Below the pieces are notes generated by a model that did no database searches, had not been told where the DNA came from, and saw only the letters and a list, made by a program, of their open reading frames with translations. This document shows, piece after piece, positions 9,587 through 19,067 of a stretch of DNA of 64,000 nucleotides (positions within the stretch are counted from its first letter, which is position 1; each line of letters starts with the position of its first letter). Both the position numbers and the translations under genes were made by a program. Origin of the DNA: Crocinitomicaceae bacterium (lineage in GTDB: Bacteria; Bacteroidota; Bacteroidia; Flavobacteriales_D; Crocinitomicaceae); assembly GCA_024643555.1 (NCBI GenBank), contig JAHEMQ010000005.1, positions 30,453-94,452 on the forward strand, read 5' to 3'.

Positions 9587-10111
9587 ATGTTAGCTCCTTT
9601 TAACTTACAAAAGTGGATCGATGAAAACAGAGATCTACTGAAACCACCTGTTTCGAACAAGAATTTGTATAAAGAGGCAGGAGATTTTATTGTGATGGTG
9701 GTTGCTGGTCCAAATGCCAGAAAGGATTATCATTTCAATGAAAGTGAGGAGCTATTTTATCAAATTGAAGGAGATATTTTAGTGCGTGTTCAAGAAAATG
9801 GTCAAGCGAAAGATGTGATCATTAAGGAAGGGGAAATGTTTTTGCTCCCTGCGAACACGCCACATTCTCCATCGCGAGGGGAAAACACCGTAGGACTTGT
9901 GATAGAACGCGTTCGAAAAGGAACAGATCTGCAAGATGGTTTAATGTGGTTTTGTGAAAAATGCAACCATCATTTGAAGACATATCGTTTCCCACTTTCG
10001 AATATCGAACAAGATTTCATCCCTCGATTTAAAGAGTTTTATGGTTCGGAAGAAATGAGAACCTGTGACCAATGTGGTCACGTGATGGAAGTTGATCCTA
10101 ACTTTGTTTAG
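9587..10111 (+). CDS. nbaC: 3-hydroxyanthranilate 3,4-dioxygenase (kynurenine pathway to quinolinate/NAD)
   Basis: Cupin core with HSP..RG and a C-terminal rubredoxin-like CxxC...CxxC site (CEKC...CDQC). 174 aa. Confidence 0.9.
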   Translation: MLAPFNLQKWIDENRDLLKPPVSNKNLYKEAGDFIVMVVAGPNARKDYHFNESEELFYQIEGDILVRVQENGQAKDVIIKEGEMFLLPANTPHSPSRGENTVGLVIERVRKGTDLQDGLMWFCEKCNHHLKTYRFPLSNIEQDFIPRFKEFYGSEEMRTCDQCGHVMEVDPNFV

Positions 10112-10128
10112 GAAAAGGATATAAGAAC

Positions 10129-10560
10129 CTATTGAGGTTGGTAGGTGTATCTGTGTGACTCTCCTGTTTGAAAAATATCCTCAACAATAACCAATTGTTT
10201 ATTACGTAATTCTTTGATGCTGAATTCATGTGTTGGTTTTGAAGTAGTATCTTCATAGAAATAAAGCGTTTCATCTTTATCTGCAAATTCCCAACGACCA
10301 TTGGAATAAGTTCCTTGTATTTGACCAAGCGCATTATTGGTTGTTGACATAGAATAGGTTCCGTCTTTATCGATGCTTAACTTGGTGGTGTAATCAGGAT
10401 CGTATGCGTTATTCCCACTAACTGAATATGCTTTCAATTCCCAATCATTGCAAATACGAGCCTTTCTTGTTAAAGCCGAAAAATTTGGTCCTTCACTGTA
10501 TTTATGGCATGAAGAAAAGAACAATGACGAGATAAAAAGGGCTGCGATTGCGATTCTCAT
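10129..10560 (-). CDS. hypothetical lipoprotein
   Basis: Lipoprotein signal peptide MRIAIAALFISSLFFSSC. Start trimmed to 10560. Confidence 0.6.
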   Translation of the reverse strand: MRIAIAALFISSLFFSSCHKYSEGPNFSALTRKARICNDWELKAYSVSGNNAYDPDYTTKLSIDKDGTYSMSTTNNALGQIQGTYSNGRWEFADKDETLYFYEDTTSKPTHEFSIKELRNKQLVIVEDIFQTGESHRYTYQPQ

Positions 10561-10575
10561 AGTTAAGTTTTTTTT

Positions 10576-10583
10576 CAAATGTA
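10576..10583 (-). promoter_or_regulatory. -7 promoter box TACATTTG, 15 nt upstream of the lipoprotein ATG at 10560
   Basis: Perfect TAnnTTTG on the minus strand in the divergent intergenic region. Confidence 0.4.
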
Positions 10584-10616
10584 CTAAACAAACTGCAATT
10601 TTCAGCACAATCCTTG

Positions 10617-10624
10617 TAATTTTG
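10617..10624 (+). promoter_or_regulatory. -7 promoter box TAATTTTG, 4 nt before the HMA-lipoprotein ATG (leaderless geometry)
   Basis: TAATTTTG-TAAC-ATG. Confidence 0.45.
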
Positions 10625-10628
10625 TAAC

Positions 10629-10994
10629 ATGAAAACAATTCCATACTTCATCGTTCTAAGTTTCTTGATTTCTTGCCAAGGAACGGTTACTCAAGAAAAA
10701 AAGCAAGAAACGAAGACTGAAAAAGCACTTCCCGTTCATGCAAATGCCCAAATAGATTTTTCTGTAGAGGGTATGGTTTGTCAAATGGGATGTGGTGGTT
10801 CGATGCGCAAGGAATTGAAAAAGACTGGTGCTGTTGATCGTGTGGAGGTAAATTTTATTGAAAATGAAAAAGTGCAATTGGTCAAAGTATTATTTGATTC
10901 CACTTTAATCTCTGAAAAAAAGATCTCCTCCATTTTAAATACAATGAACGACCATCAATTTACAGCCAAGCAAATCGCTAAAAAAGCCATTTAA
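10629..10994 (+). CDS. heavy-metal-associated (HMA)-like domain lipoprotein with a variant CxxxC motif
   Basis: Lipobox LISC, then an HMA-like segment FSVEGMVCQMGCGGSMRKEL. Confidence 0.7.
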   Translation: MKTIPYFIVLSFLISCQGTVTQEKKQETKTEKALPVHANAQIDFSVEGMVCQMGCGGSMRKELKKTGAVDRVEVNFIENEKVQLVKVLFDSTLISEKKISSILNTMNDHQFTAKQIAKKAI

Positions 10995-11755
10995 TGGAAC
11001 TGTATTATCGCGAAATGGGAGAGGGGCAACCTCTTGTTATTTTACATGGATTATTTGGGTTTTCTGACAATTGGCAGACACAAGCGAAGAAATTTTCTGA
11101 TTATTACCGCGTCATTCTTGTCGATTTGCGAAATCATGGGCATTCACCATGGTCAGATGAATTTTCGTATGCGCTCATGGTTGAGGATTTAAAATCCTTG
11201 TTCGAAAAGCTGAATTTGCACGAAGTCATTTTACTTGGGCATTCCATGGGTGGAAAAGTTGCTATGCATTTTGCTCAGCAATATTCCGCTACATTGAATA
11301 AATTAATTGTGGTGGATATGGGGGTGAAATCCTATCCTCTACATCACGAACATATACTAAAGGCTTTTCATCAAATTGATTTGAGTAAGCTATCAGCTCG
11401 TAGTGAAGCTGAGTCTATTTTAAAACAGTTCATTGATTCGGAAGGTGTCCGACAGTTTTTATTGAAAAATCTCTATTGGATGGAAAAAGGCAAGCTTTCA
11501 TGGCGTGTAAACTTTAGCGTTTTGGAGAGAGAAATGCCTGAAATATTGAGCGCTTTACCAGAAAATGAGGTGTTGGTTTCTACCTTATTTATCAAAGGTG
11601 CTTTGTCCAATTATATTTTGGAGGAAGACTTGCCAACCATTGAGTCTTATTTCCCGGATTCTCAATTTATTTCCATTGAGAACGCTGGACATTGGGTTCA
11701 TGCTGAAGCACCTGATGCGTTTGTAGACCATGTGCTTGGTTTTTGTTTGAGATAA
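10994..11755 (+). CDS. alpha/beta-fold hydrolase
   Basis: Nucleophile elbow GHSMGG and a C-terminal GHWVH motif. Its TAATG start overlaps the upstream stop. Confidence 0.85.
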   Translation: MELYYREMGEGQPLVILHGLFGFSDNWQTQAKKFSDYYRVILVDLRNHGHSPWSDEFSYALMVEDLKSLFEKLNLHEVILLGHSMGGKVAMHFAQQYSATLNKLIVVDMGVKSYPLHHEHILKAFHQIDLSKLSARSEAESILKQFIDSEGVRQFLLKNLYWMEKGKLSWRVNFSVLEREMPEILSALPENEVLVSTLFIKGALSNYILEEDLPTIESYFPDSQFISIENAGHWVHAEAPDAFVDHVLGFCLR

Positions 11756-11785
11756 AAAAAACCGCCCATTTCTGAGCGGTTTCCA
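11755..11785. terminator. intrinsic terminator hairpin between convergent genes, stronger for the minus-strand transcript
   Basis: AAACCGC-loop-GCGGTTT stem flanked by an A7 run (a T run on the minus strand). Confidence 0.6.
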
Positions 11786-11805
11786 AATCTATTTCTTTAT
11801 TGTTC

Positions 11806-13623
11806 TTAGTGTTGAACGATAAATTTACGTGTTTCTACAGTTGATCCATTTGTAAGGATTACTGTGTACATTCCGTTTGTTAACGCAGTTGTATTGAATG
11901 CAGTAGCAACACCATTTACTGTTTTGCTTGCAATCACTTTTCCTGTTAAATCTACGATTTGAATAGATCCTTCTGTAATGTTGCTTTCGATTGTTACAAC
12001 ATCAGAAGATGGATTCGGATAAACAGAAAGGTTTGCTGCAGTTTCCTCATTAACTCCTAAAACACCCATATTCATGCGGATTGCAAATGCATTTCCATTT
12101 GAATAAGTTGCGTCACCAATTAAGTGAATCATAGAAGCATAAGAAGGCTGAAGAACTGTTTCGTCGTTTAAAATACGGATGATGTTTGTATTTGATGCAT
12201 CTACTTCTGTCAATACTGCAGCGTAGTATGCGTCATCAGCTAAAGCAACTGGTTGTGGGAAGAATACTGTGATTTTTCCTGCAGCAACGTCAGAAGCTGT
12301 AACGATGTAATAATCACTTTCTGCAACGTTACCGTTTAAGTCAGTCAACGATTGGTAACCATCTGCGAAGAATGTAGCCGTATCAATCATGGAAACTTGG
12401 ATGGAAGTTCCAGCCGTTGTTGCGCTTGAAATTCCGATTTCCAATGAAACAACAACGTTGTTTGTATTTCCTCCACGCAAGTGGTACATGTTCGCGAAAA
12501 TTGTACCTGTTGGTGTGTTGAAAGAGTTTGAACCTAAAGTTGTAGTTGTTTGCAATTCAGTTGGATTTATTCCAATTCCGTCCAATGCATATACATTGTT
12601 TGTTACTTCGAAATTGCGTTTTCCAGTGTTGTTTGCAAATAAAGCGCTTCCTGAAACTTCTTCTGTTGAAGAAACGGTGTAGGTACCATTATAAACACCT
12701 ACAGCTAAATTAGGTGTTTCTGTTGCACCGTAGGCAATCGTGTCATTTGACAAGATCGATCCAATGCTGTAGTTATATGTCAATCCTGAACCGAAGTTTA
12801 CGTTTGCAACTGCGTTTGTGTTGGTTGCAGAACCAAAGTTAAATGCGCTTCCACCGATGTCATAAGAAGCATCTAAGTGAGCAACAGGTGTTTTTCCGTA
12901 TTCAATTCCAATGTTGTTTGTTCCAGCTACGAATGGAGACAATGAACGCAAGTCATAAGCTGGTTGCTCAACGATTTTCACGTCATCCACTAACCAAGCG
13001 TAGTCCCAAGAACCGATGTAACGTAAACGGAATTTAACGTTTGCGTGACCACCTGCTGCAGAAGTGATGTTTACTTGAGAGTTTTCTTGATAAAGTGTAC
13101 TTGTCGCTTTATCCAAGTTTACAGGGAATTGAATCCATGTTGTACCATTATCGTTACTAATTTCGAAGATTGTTTCTGTTGTTTGCCACATGCGAACACG
13201 TTGGTTAAACTCAAGCACCACATTTGGATACATTGAACAATCAATTGTTCCAGTGTACGTTAACAAAGCATCTTGATTCCCGTTGTTAGCTCCAACAGCA
13301 TCTGAATCAAACAATGCATAACCGTTCTCATTTGTTACGGTGTTATTTGGATCTACCCAAGCTCCTGTGCTGTATCCAAGAGATGTTGATGTGCTCGTTG
13401 AGATCACCCAATCTTGCGCATCACCTGTCAAGTTAGAAATTGCCCATTGAGAAGCAGTAGAGAAATCGTTAGACCAAATTGTCACCTTTTGTTGAGCAAC
13501 TGGTTTAACGCTAGATTTTTGAATGACTTCAACATTCATTTCTTTAGCCGCTAATTTTTGTTTCTGAGCAGAAACTCCAAAGCTAGCAAGTGCCAAAGCA
13601 GTTAATAAGTAGACTTTTTTCAT
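11806..13623 (-). CDS. secreted protein with a T9SS type A C-terminal sorting domain
   Basis: Signal peptide MKKVYLLTALALASFGVSAQ and a C-terminal Por_Secre_tail-like segment (VYPNPSSDVVTI...GMYTVILTNG...KFIV). Confidence 0.8.
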   Translation of the reverse strand: MKKVYLLTALALASFGVSAQKQKLAAKEMNVEVIQKSSVKPVAQQKVTIWSNDFSTASQWAISNLTGDAQDWVISTSTSTSLGYSTGAWVDPNNTVTNENGYALFDSDAVGANNGNQDALLTYTGTIDCSMYPNVVLEFNQRVRMWQTTETIFEISNDNGTTWIQFPVNLDKATSTLYQENSQVNITSAAGGHANVKFRLRYIGSWDYAWLVDDVKIVEQPAYDLRSLSPFVAGTNNIGIEYGKTPVAHLDASYDIGGSAFNFGSATNTNAVANVNFGSGLTYNYSIGSILSNDTIAYGATETPNLAVGVYNGTYTVSSTEEVSGSALFANNTGKRNFEVTNNVYALDGIGINPTELQTTTTLGSNSFNTPTGTIFANMYHLRGGNTNNVVVSLEIGISSATTAGTSIQVSMIDTATFFADGYQSLTDLNGNVAESDYYIVTASDVAAGKITVFFPQPVALADDAYYAAVLTEVDASNTNIIRILNDETVLQPSYASMIHLIGDATYSNGNAFAIRMNMGVLGVNEETAANLSVYPNPSSDVVTIESNITEGSIQIVDLTGKVIASKTVNGVATAFNTTALTNGMYTVILTNGSTVETRKFIVQH

Positions 13624-13674
13624 AATGATTTAATTTATAAGTGAGGCGAATTTAACGAAAAATTGTTATTCATT

Positions 13675-13682
13675 CAAATGTA
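13675..13682 (-). promoter_or_regulatory. -7 promoter box TACATTTG, 51 nt upstream of the T9SS substrate ATG
   Basis: Perfect TAnnTTTG in the 63-bp gap. Confidence 0.4.
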
Positions 13683-13686
13683 TGAA

Positions 13687-14652
13687 CTAATATTCTCTAT
13701 GGAATAAATAATTCGATAAAGCATGTAGCTCCTCCAATGAATTTGCTACCTGAACAGTTGACAAGGAGGACATTGCAAAATCATAATGTTTGCGCATTTC
13801 ATTGTTGCATAGCTCTTGAATATTTAAGTCTTCAAAAAGTGCTTTTGTTTCACTTAATTTCTTCGTAATGTCCAATTCTCCTTGCAACGCATTCAACTTG
13901 CTCAATTGTACTGCTGATGCATTCGTTTTTGCTAAAATGGACAGCAACGTTTTTTTATTGGCTATTACGTCTCCGCCAACTTGCTTCCCGACCTTTTCAG
14001 GATCTCCGTATAAATCAAGCAAGTCATCTTGAATTTGAAAGGCAATGCCTAAATGCTCTCCAAAAGCATAGAGTGCTTTTCTGTTTTCAAGGCTTGTTTC
14101 TCCGATGATGGCGCCCATTTCTAATGCGCAACCGAGTAATACAGAAGTTTTCAATCGAATCATTTCGATGTACTCCTCAGCACTAACATCCGATCTCGTT
14201 TCGAAATCCATGTCCATTTGTTGTCCTTCACACACTTCAATTGCTGTTTTGTTAAACAACGAAAGCAAAGAGGGGATGATGTGTGGGGGCTGCTTGCAAA
14301 TTTGTTCGTATGCATAAACGAGCAATACATCGCCAGATAAAATGGCAATATTGGTATTCCATTTTTCATGAACGGTTTGATTTGCTCTGCGCAGAGGTGC
14401 ATCGTCCATAATGTCGTCATGGATCAGCGAAAAATTATGAAAAAGTTCAACAGCCATGGCTGCGGGCATACTTTCTTGTATCGATTTTCCAAATAAATTG
14501 GCCGACATTAGTGTCAACATGGGTCTCATGCGTTTACCACCTAAGGTCATGAAATAACGCAGCGGGTCGTATAAATTCGTAGGATGAGTTGGAAAAGCAA
14601 AAGACTCAATTTCCTTTTCAATCCATGCGGTGTATGAGGCAAGTGTATTCAT
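13687..14652 (-). CDS. polyprenyl diphosphate synthase (trans-isoprenyl diphosphate synthase family)
   Basis: Two aspartate-rich motifs, LIHDDIMDD and QIQDDLLD. Confidence 0.9.
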   Translation of the reverse strand: MNTLASYTAWIEKEIESFAFPTHPTNLYDPLRYFMTLGGKRMRPMLTLMSANLFGKSIQESMPAAMAVELFHNFSLIHDDIMDDAPLRRANQTVHEKWNTNIAILSGDVLLVYAYEQICKQPPHIIPSLLSLFNKTAIEVCEGQQMDMDFETRSDVSAEEYIEMIRLKTSVLLGCALEMGAIIGETSLENRKALYAFGEHLGIAFQIQDDLLDLYGDPEKVGKQVGGDVIANKKTLLSILAKTNASAVQLSKLNALQGELDITKKLSETKALFEDLNIQELCNNEMRKHYDFAMSSLSTVQVANSLEELHALSNYLFHREY

Positions 14653-15515
14653 CGGCGTTTTAACAATTGGAGCAAATAAGATCCGTATCCACTTTTAACA
14701 AGTGGTTCTGCTATTTGTTTCAATTGATCTTTGGAAATAAATCCATTTCGATAGGCAACTTCTTCGATGCATCCAATTTTCAATCCTTGTCTTTCTTCAA
14801 TAACTTGAACAAATTGTCCAGCTTGCATCAAAGAGGCAAATGTACCTGTGTCCAGCCAAGCCGTTCCTCTGTCCAGTACCGCAACTTTCAGTTTTCCTTG
14901 GCGTAAATATTCCGCATTGACATCCGTGATTTCGTATTCACCTCGCTCAGAAGGTTTCAAGTTTTCAGCAATGGAAACGACGCTATTATCGTAAAAATAT
15001 AAACCAGGGACGGCGAAATTAGATTTTGGTTTTTTGGGTTTTTCCTCAATCGAAACTGCTTTCATTTCAGCATCAAATTCCACCACTCCATATCGTTCTG
15101 GATCACTTACATGATAGGCGTAAACGACACCACCTTCTGGATCATTATTTTCTTTCAGTAAAGTATCCATTCCAACACCATAAAAAATATTGTCTCCTAA
15201 AATCAAGGCAACTTTATCGTTGCCAATAAATGATTTCCCAATGACAAATGCTTGTGCTAATCCATTGGGCACTTCTTGAACTGCGTAGGTGAATTGACAA
15301 CCTAAGTGTTGACCATCACCCAACAATTTTTTAAAATGTGGCAAATCGTGAGGGGTTGAAATAATCAGTATTTCCTGTATGCCTGCACTCATCAAAATGG
15401 AGAGTGGATAATAAATCATGGGTTTATCATAAACCGGCATCAATTGTTTACTTACTGCTAAGGTGAGTGGATGGAGTCGTGTCCCAGATCCACCAGCTAA
15501 AATGATTCCTTTCAT
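14649..15515 (-). CDS. rfbA: glucose-1-phosphate thymidylyltransferase
   Basis: N-terminal [18 protein letters not shown] and strong RmlA-family similarity throughout. 4-nt overlap with the downstream gene. Confidence 0.95.
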   Translation of the reverse strand: MKGIILAGGSGTRLHPLTLAVSKQLMPVYDKPMIYYPLSILMSAGIQEILIISTPHDLPHFKKLLGDGQHLGCQFTYAVQEVPNGLAQAFVIGKSFIGNDKVALILGDNIFYGVGMDTLLKENNDPEGGVVYAYHVSDPERYGVVEFDAEMKAVSIEEKPKKPKSNFAVPGLYFYDNSVVSIAENLKPSERGEYEITDVNAEYLRQGKLKVAVLDRGTAWLDTGTFASLMQAGQFVQVIEERQGLKIGCIEEVAYRNGFISKDQLKQIAEPLVKSGYGSYLLQLLKRR

Positions 15516-15527
15516 ATCAATGTATAC

Positions 15528-16256
15528 TTATAACCAACGAAATAAATCGTCGAACATTCTTTTACCCCATGGAGTATTTCCGTAATCCTTTTCAATTTTC
15601 GTACGAAGTTCTTTTAAGGTGAACACTTTGTTCTTTCCCACATCGATGCTCATGTCCTCTTTGGTTGGTTTCAATTCTTCAATTTTTTTGGCAAAATAAA
15701 TAATTCCACCGTCTTCTGTCGCTAATCCAAGAATAGTTCCCGGCAAGCCGCAAAAGCCTTCCGGACCAACAGAGGGAACAAGTGCCGTAGTATACCAAGC
15801 GTAAATTCGTGTGGTATCATTTTTTTCATAAACAGCTTTGCGGCATTCATACCCACAGATACTTCGTTTGCTGTCGGTGATTTTCCAGTTTCTTGCAGGA
15901 AGACTGTCCTGAACATACACGTTTTGTCCCATTAGTCCTAAAACAGTTAGTTGCGTCCCGTTTTTCAAGTTTTGGCAGTAACTGTTTTTGGTAGTCATCC
16001 AAGCCATGTCATCGACTCTATCGCTCGGAATAGCCTTGAAAATAGAAGCTGTATCATTGAAATACAGCGTGAAAGATTCCGTTCGAATTTTGTTCTCTTC
16101 GGTCACCATCCGACGCATGCGTGGATCATTAAATCGCTTTTCAAGGTTCGTTCGTCGCTCAAAGGTAATTTTACCATTGAGCATGTATTGACCATTTGCT
16201 TGGAAACCTAGGCAAATAATCAATATGAATTGGTTAATGCCAGCCTTTAAAGTCAT
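15528..16256 (-). CDS. GLPGLI-family protein (function unknown)
   Basis: Signal peptide plus the signature CGLPGTILGL motif. Confidence 0.8.
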   Translation of the reverse strand: MTLKAGINQFILIICLGFQANGQYMLNGKITFERRTNLEKRFNDPRMRRMVTEENKIRTESFTLYFNDTASIFKAIPSDRVDDMAWMTTKNSYCQNLKNGTQLTVLGLMGQNVYVQDSLPARNWKITDSKRSICGYECRKAVYEKNDTTRIYAWYTTALVPSVGPEGFCGLPGTILGLATEDGGIIYFAKKIEELKPTKEDMSIDVGKNKVFTLKELRTKIEKDYGNTPWGKRMFDDLFRWL

Positions 16257-19023
16257 CTTCTCTTGTTTTATTGTTATTGAACTTATAGGTTAATTTCACA
16301 AGGAAATACCTCGATATAATTTTCGTGTAGTTATCCGTAATCACGTTGCCGTTAATTTGACGTTGTAGGTTCAAATTTTGGTTCAAGATGTCATTGGCCG
16401 AAAGTGTCAAAATCACATTTTCCGTCGATAAAAAGGCTTTGCTAATCTCAAAATTGATGATAAAAATATTTCGATTATATGCAGCTGCACGACCTGTATT
16501 GATGGTGTACGTTGCATCCGATTTAATCTGGAAATGATGTGGCAAGCGCCATTCTCCGTCGATAAAGTATTTCTGTGTGGCATATGGTTGATTGGAGAAG
16601 CTCGATAAGGAACTAACTGGATTATTGTAAGAATATGAATTTCCAATCGTAATGTTGAGTGAATCCAATTTCAATTCAATGTCTAATCCTGCGGTAATAG
16701 CTGTCGTTTTTGTCACGTTTGTTTGACCATTGATGAAGTTCGTATACTTGTTAAATGAACCGTTTACGTTCGGTGCTAATTCAATTTTGCGATTAAAAAT
16801 AGGAAAGCCACCTCCGGCAAATACATTTGCAAAAATGTTCCCGTCTACATTCACCGTTTTAGCAAGTGTACGTCCATATTGGTCGTAACTTGTTGAATCA
16901 GCAAAGGCATTGTTTGTTAAACTTGCATTCGCTCCAGACCAAAAGTATCGTCCCGAAAGCGCTTGCCAAATGTTTGCATTCATGCGTAAATTGTGCACAT
17001 AATTTGGTTTAAGGTCGGGATTACCAATTTGAATTCTGTTTGGATTGGTGTTGTCTTGAACAGGTTGAAGATTATTGATGGCTGCCGGAGAAGATGCAGT
17101 AGAATAATTCAAAGAAATTCGTTTACTCATTCCTGGTTTAAACTGATACGAGAACTTCGGAAGGAAATTGTTGATGTTTTGATTGGTCACTACCGTTGTA
17201 AGCAGATTCGTGCTTTGTACTTCGATGTTTCTAAATCCGATTCCACCAGTGAAGGTATGTTGACGGTGTTCAAAAATGAGCATTCCTGTTCCACGTTGTT
17301 GAAAACGCGTATTGTCGAACTGATTGGTATAAAGTGCAACTTGCTGGGAGTAATTTCCGCTTGCATCTTTATCAAATGTAAGTTTATTCTGATTTGACTT
17401 TCCAGATTCTAGGTAATATTCCAACTGGAATTTCCATTTTTTCGCAAAAGGCTCCGTGTAGGTCAATATACCATAATTCGTGGTGTTGCCATTATCATTG
17501 ATTTTTTTCTGATCGATGGTGTCGGACAAAGCACCTGTTTTTAGTGTATACAAACTTCCATCTGATTGATTGGAACTCGAATTCAGGATGTATTTTAATT
17601 CTAATTCACGGTTCACTTTTTTAAATTTTCTTCTAAAAATGGCTTCTGAATTACTGCTGATACCTTTTGATCTGTTTTTGTTTTGAATTCCAGTTCCTAA
17701 GTATGAAACGAAGGACTCTGTTAAGAATGAGTTTTGACTAAAGTTGTCGGATTCACCAAAATCAACGTGTAGGTTTGGACGAAGCTCGATATAGGTGAGG
17801 GAATCCAAATTCACAGAATACGTTAAGTTGAGACGATGCGATTGATTTTTGGAGATATTCGCTGAAGAATCTCTAGTGAAATACGAGCTGTCTTGTTGTA
17901 AAAAGTACTGTGATTGACTACTTGTTACGGCGTTCAAGCGATTTTCATAGTAGGAATAGTTGAAACCAATTTTTCCTGTTTTCCCAATTTTATCCGAGTA
18001 ATAGATTCCGGCTTTCATGGTTTGAGGAATACCTGAAGTGTTATTTTTACTTGTTTGATCCCACATGGTCATGCCACTGTTGTTTCGTTCGTTATCTAGC
18101 CCGAATTTATTCATGTCTCCAAAACCAAAATTGGATTTAGGTGTATTAGAGGTTAACATGAATACCGAAATTTTCTGTTTTTTGTTGAAGTTATTTAATA
18201 ACACTTCAGATTCGTAAAAAGGATTATCCCGAATAACTCCAAAATCGGAAGCTCCTGAGATTTTCCCGAAATAACCTTTCTTTGCACTGTCCTTCAGTTT
18301 CAAATCCAACACTTGGATTTTATCATCCTCTCCAATGGCAGCATCTTCGTTTTTCTTTTCGTATACTTGAACGGAAGCCACACCTTTTGCGCCGAGATTT
18401 CTAGTAGCGATGGTTGGATCAGACCCAAAGAATTCATCTCCATCGACTAAGACTTTACTAATTTCTTTTCCTTGAGAGGTGATGCTTCCGTCGTCTGCCA
18501 CTTTGATTCCAGGCAATTTCTTCAATAAATCTTCTACCACGGCATTTTGTCCGACGTTGAAGGAGTCGGCGACATACACGAGGGTGTCCCCCTTGAAGTA
18601 AATCGCATTTTTATTGGTTAATACAGTGACTTCACGAACGTTTTGAGTTTTTTGCAGCAGTTGAATACGAGGTACCTTGATATCGTAATTGTCCTTGCTT
18701 CCGATAATGTAGAACGTACGCGTTTCTAATTTTGGATGTTCAATAATCAACTGGAAAGTATCAATTGGAAAACCTGTTAAGGTAAACTCACCAAGTTGAT
18801 TGGTTCGCGTGAAACTCAGTAAGACGGAATCCTTCAGACGGAGCGCCATGACGGAAACGTTTCTGAGCGGAACAACATTCGAAGTGTCATAAATCGTCCC
18901 AGTTAATTTCATTTGTTGCGACCATGAAGTTTGAAGGCTCGAAACCAATAGAAATAAAAGGAAAATGATTGTTTTTCCAGGTTGAAGTAAGGTGGTGTAA
19001 ATCTTTTTCATCAATACGTTCAT
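16234..19023 (-). CDS. outer-membrane beta-barrel protein with an N-terminal carboxypeptidase-regulatory-like domain and a TonB-dependent-receptor plug-like segment
   Basis: Signal peptide, CarboxypepD_reg-like segment (GTIYDTSNVVPL...), plug-like LLKKLPGIKV...VLVDG, then about 650 aa of beta-strand-rich sequence. Confidence 0.8.
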   Translation of the reverse strand: MNVLMKKIYTTLLQPGKTIIFLLFLLVSSLQTSWSQQMKLTGTIYDTSNVVPLRNVSVMALRLKDSVLLSFTRTNQLGEFTLTGFPIDTFQLIIEHPKLETRTFYIIGSKDNYDIKVPRIQLLQKTQNVREVTVLTNKNAIYFKGDTLVYVADSFNVGQNAVVEDLLKKLPGIKVADDGSITSQGKEISKVLVDGDEFFGSDPTIATRNLGAKGVASVQVYEKKNEDAAIGEDDKIQVLDLKLKDSAKKGYFGKISGASDFGVIRDNPFYESEVLLNNFNKKQKISVFMLTSNTPKSNFGFGDMNKFGLDNERNNSGMTMWDQTSKNNTSGIPQTMKAGIYYSDKIGKTGKIGFNYSYYENRLNAVTSSQSQYFLQQDSSYFTRDSSANISKNQSHRLNLTYSVNLDSLTYIELRPNLHVDFGESDNFSQNSFLTESFVSYLGTGIQNKNRSKGISSNSEAIFRRKFKKVNRELELKYILNSSSNQSDGSLYTLKTGALSDTIDQKKINDNGNTTNYGILTYTEPFAKKWKFQLEYYLESGKSNQNKLTFDKDASGNYSQQVALYTNQFDNTRFQQRGTGMLIFEHRQHTFTGGIGFRNIEVQSTNLLTTVVTNQNINNFLPKFSYQFKPGMSKRISLNYSTASSPAAINNLQPVQDNTNPNRIQIGNPDLKPNYVHNLRMNANIWQALSGRYFWSGANASLTNNAFADSTSYDQYGRTLAKTVNVDGNIFANVFAGGGFPIFNRKIELAPNVNGSFNKYTNFINGQTNVTKTTAITAGLDIELKLDSLNITIGNSYSYNNPVSSLSSFSNQPYATQKYFIDGEWRLPHHFQIKSDATYTINTGRAAAYNRNIFIINFEISKAFLSTENVILTLSANDILNQNLNLQRQINGNVITDNYTKIISRYFLVKLTYKFNNNKTREDDFKGWH

Positions 19024-19067
19024 GATTTGAATGCCAAGTTAATACGCTTAAAAGCTAAAAAAGTTCG

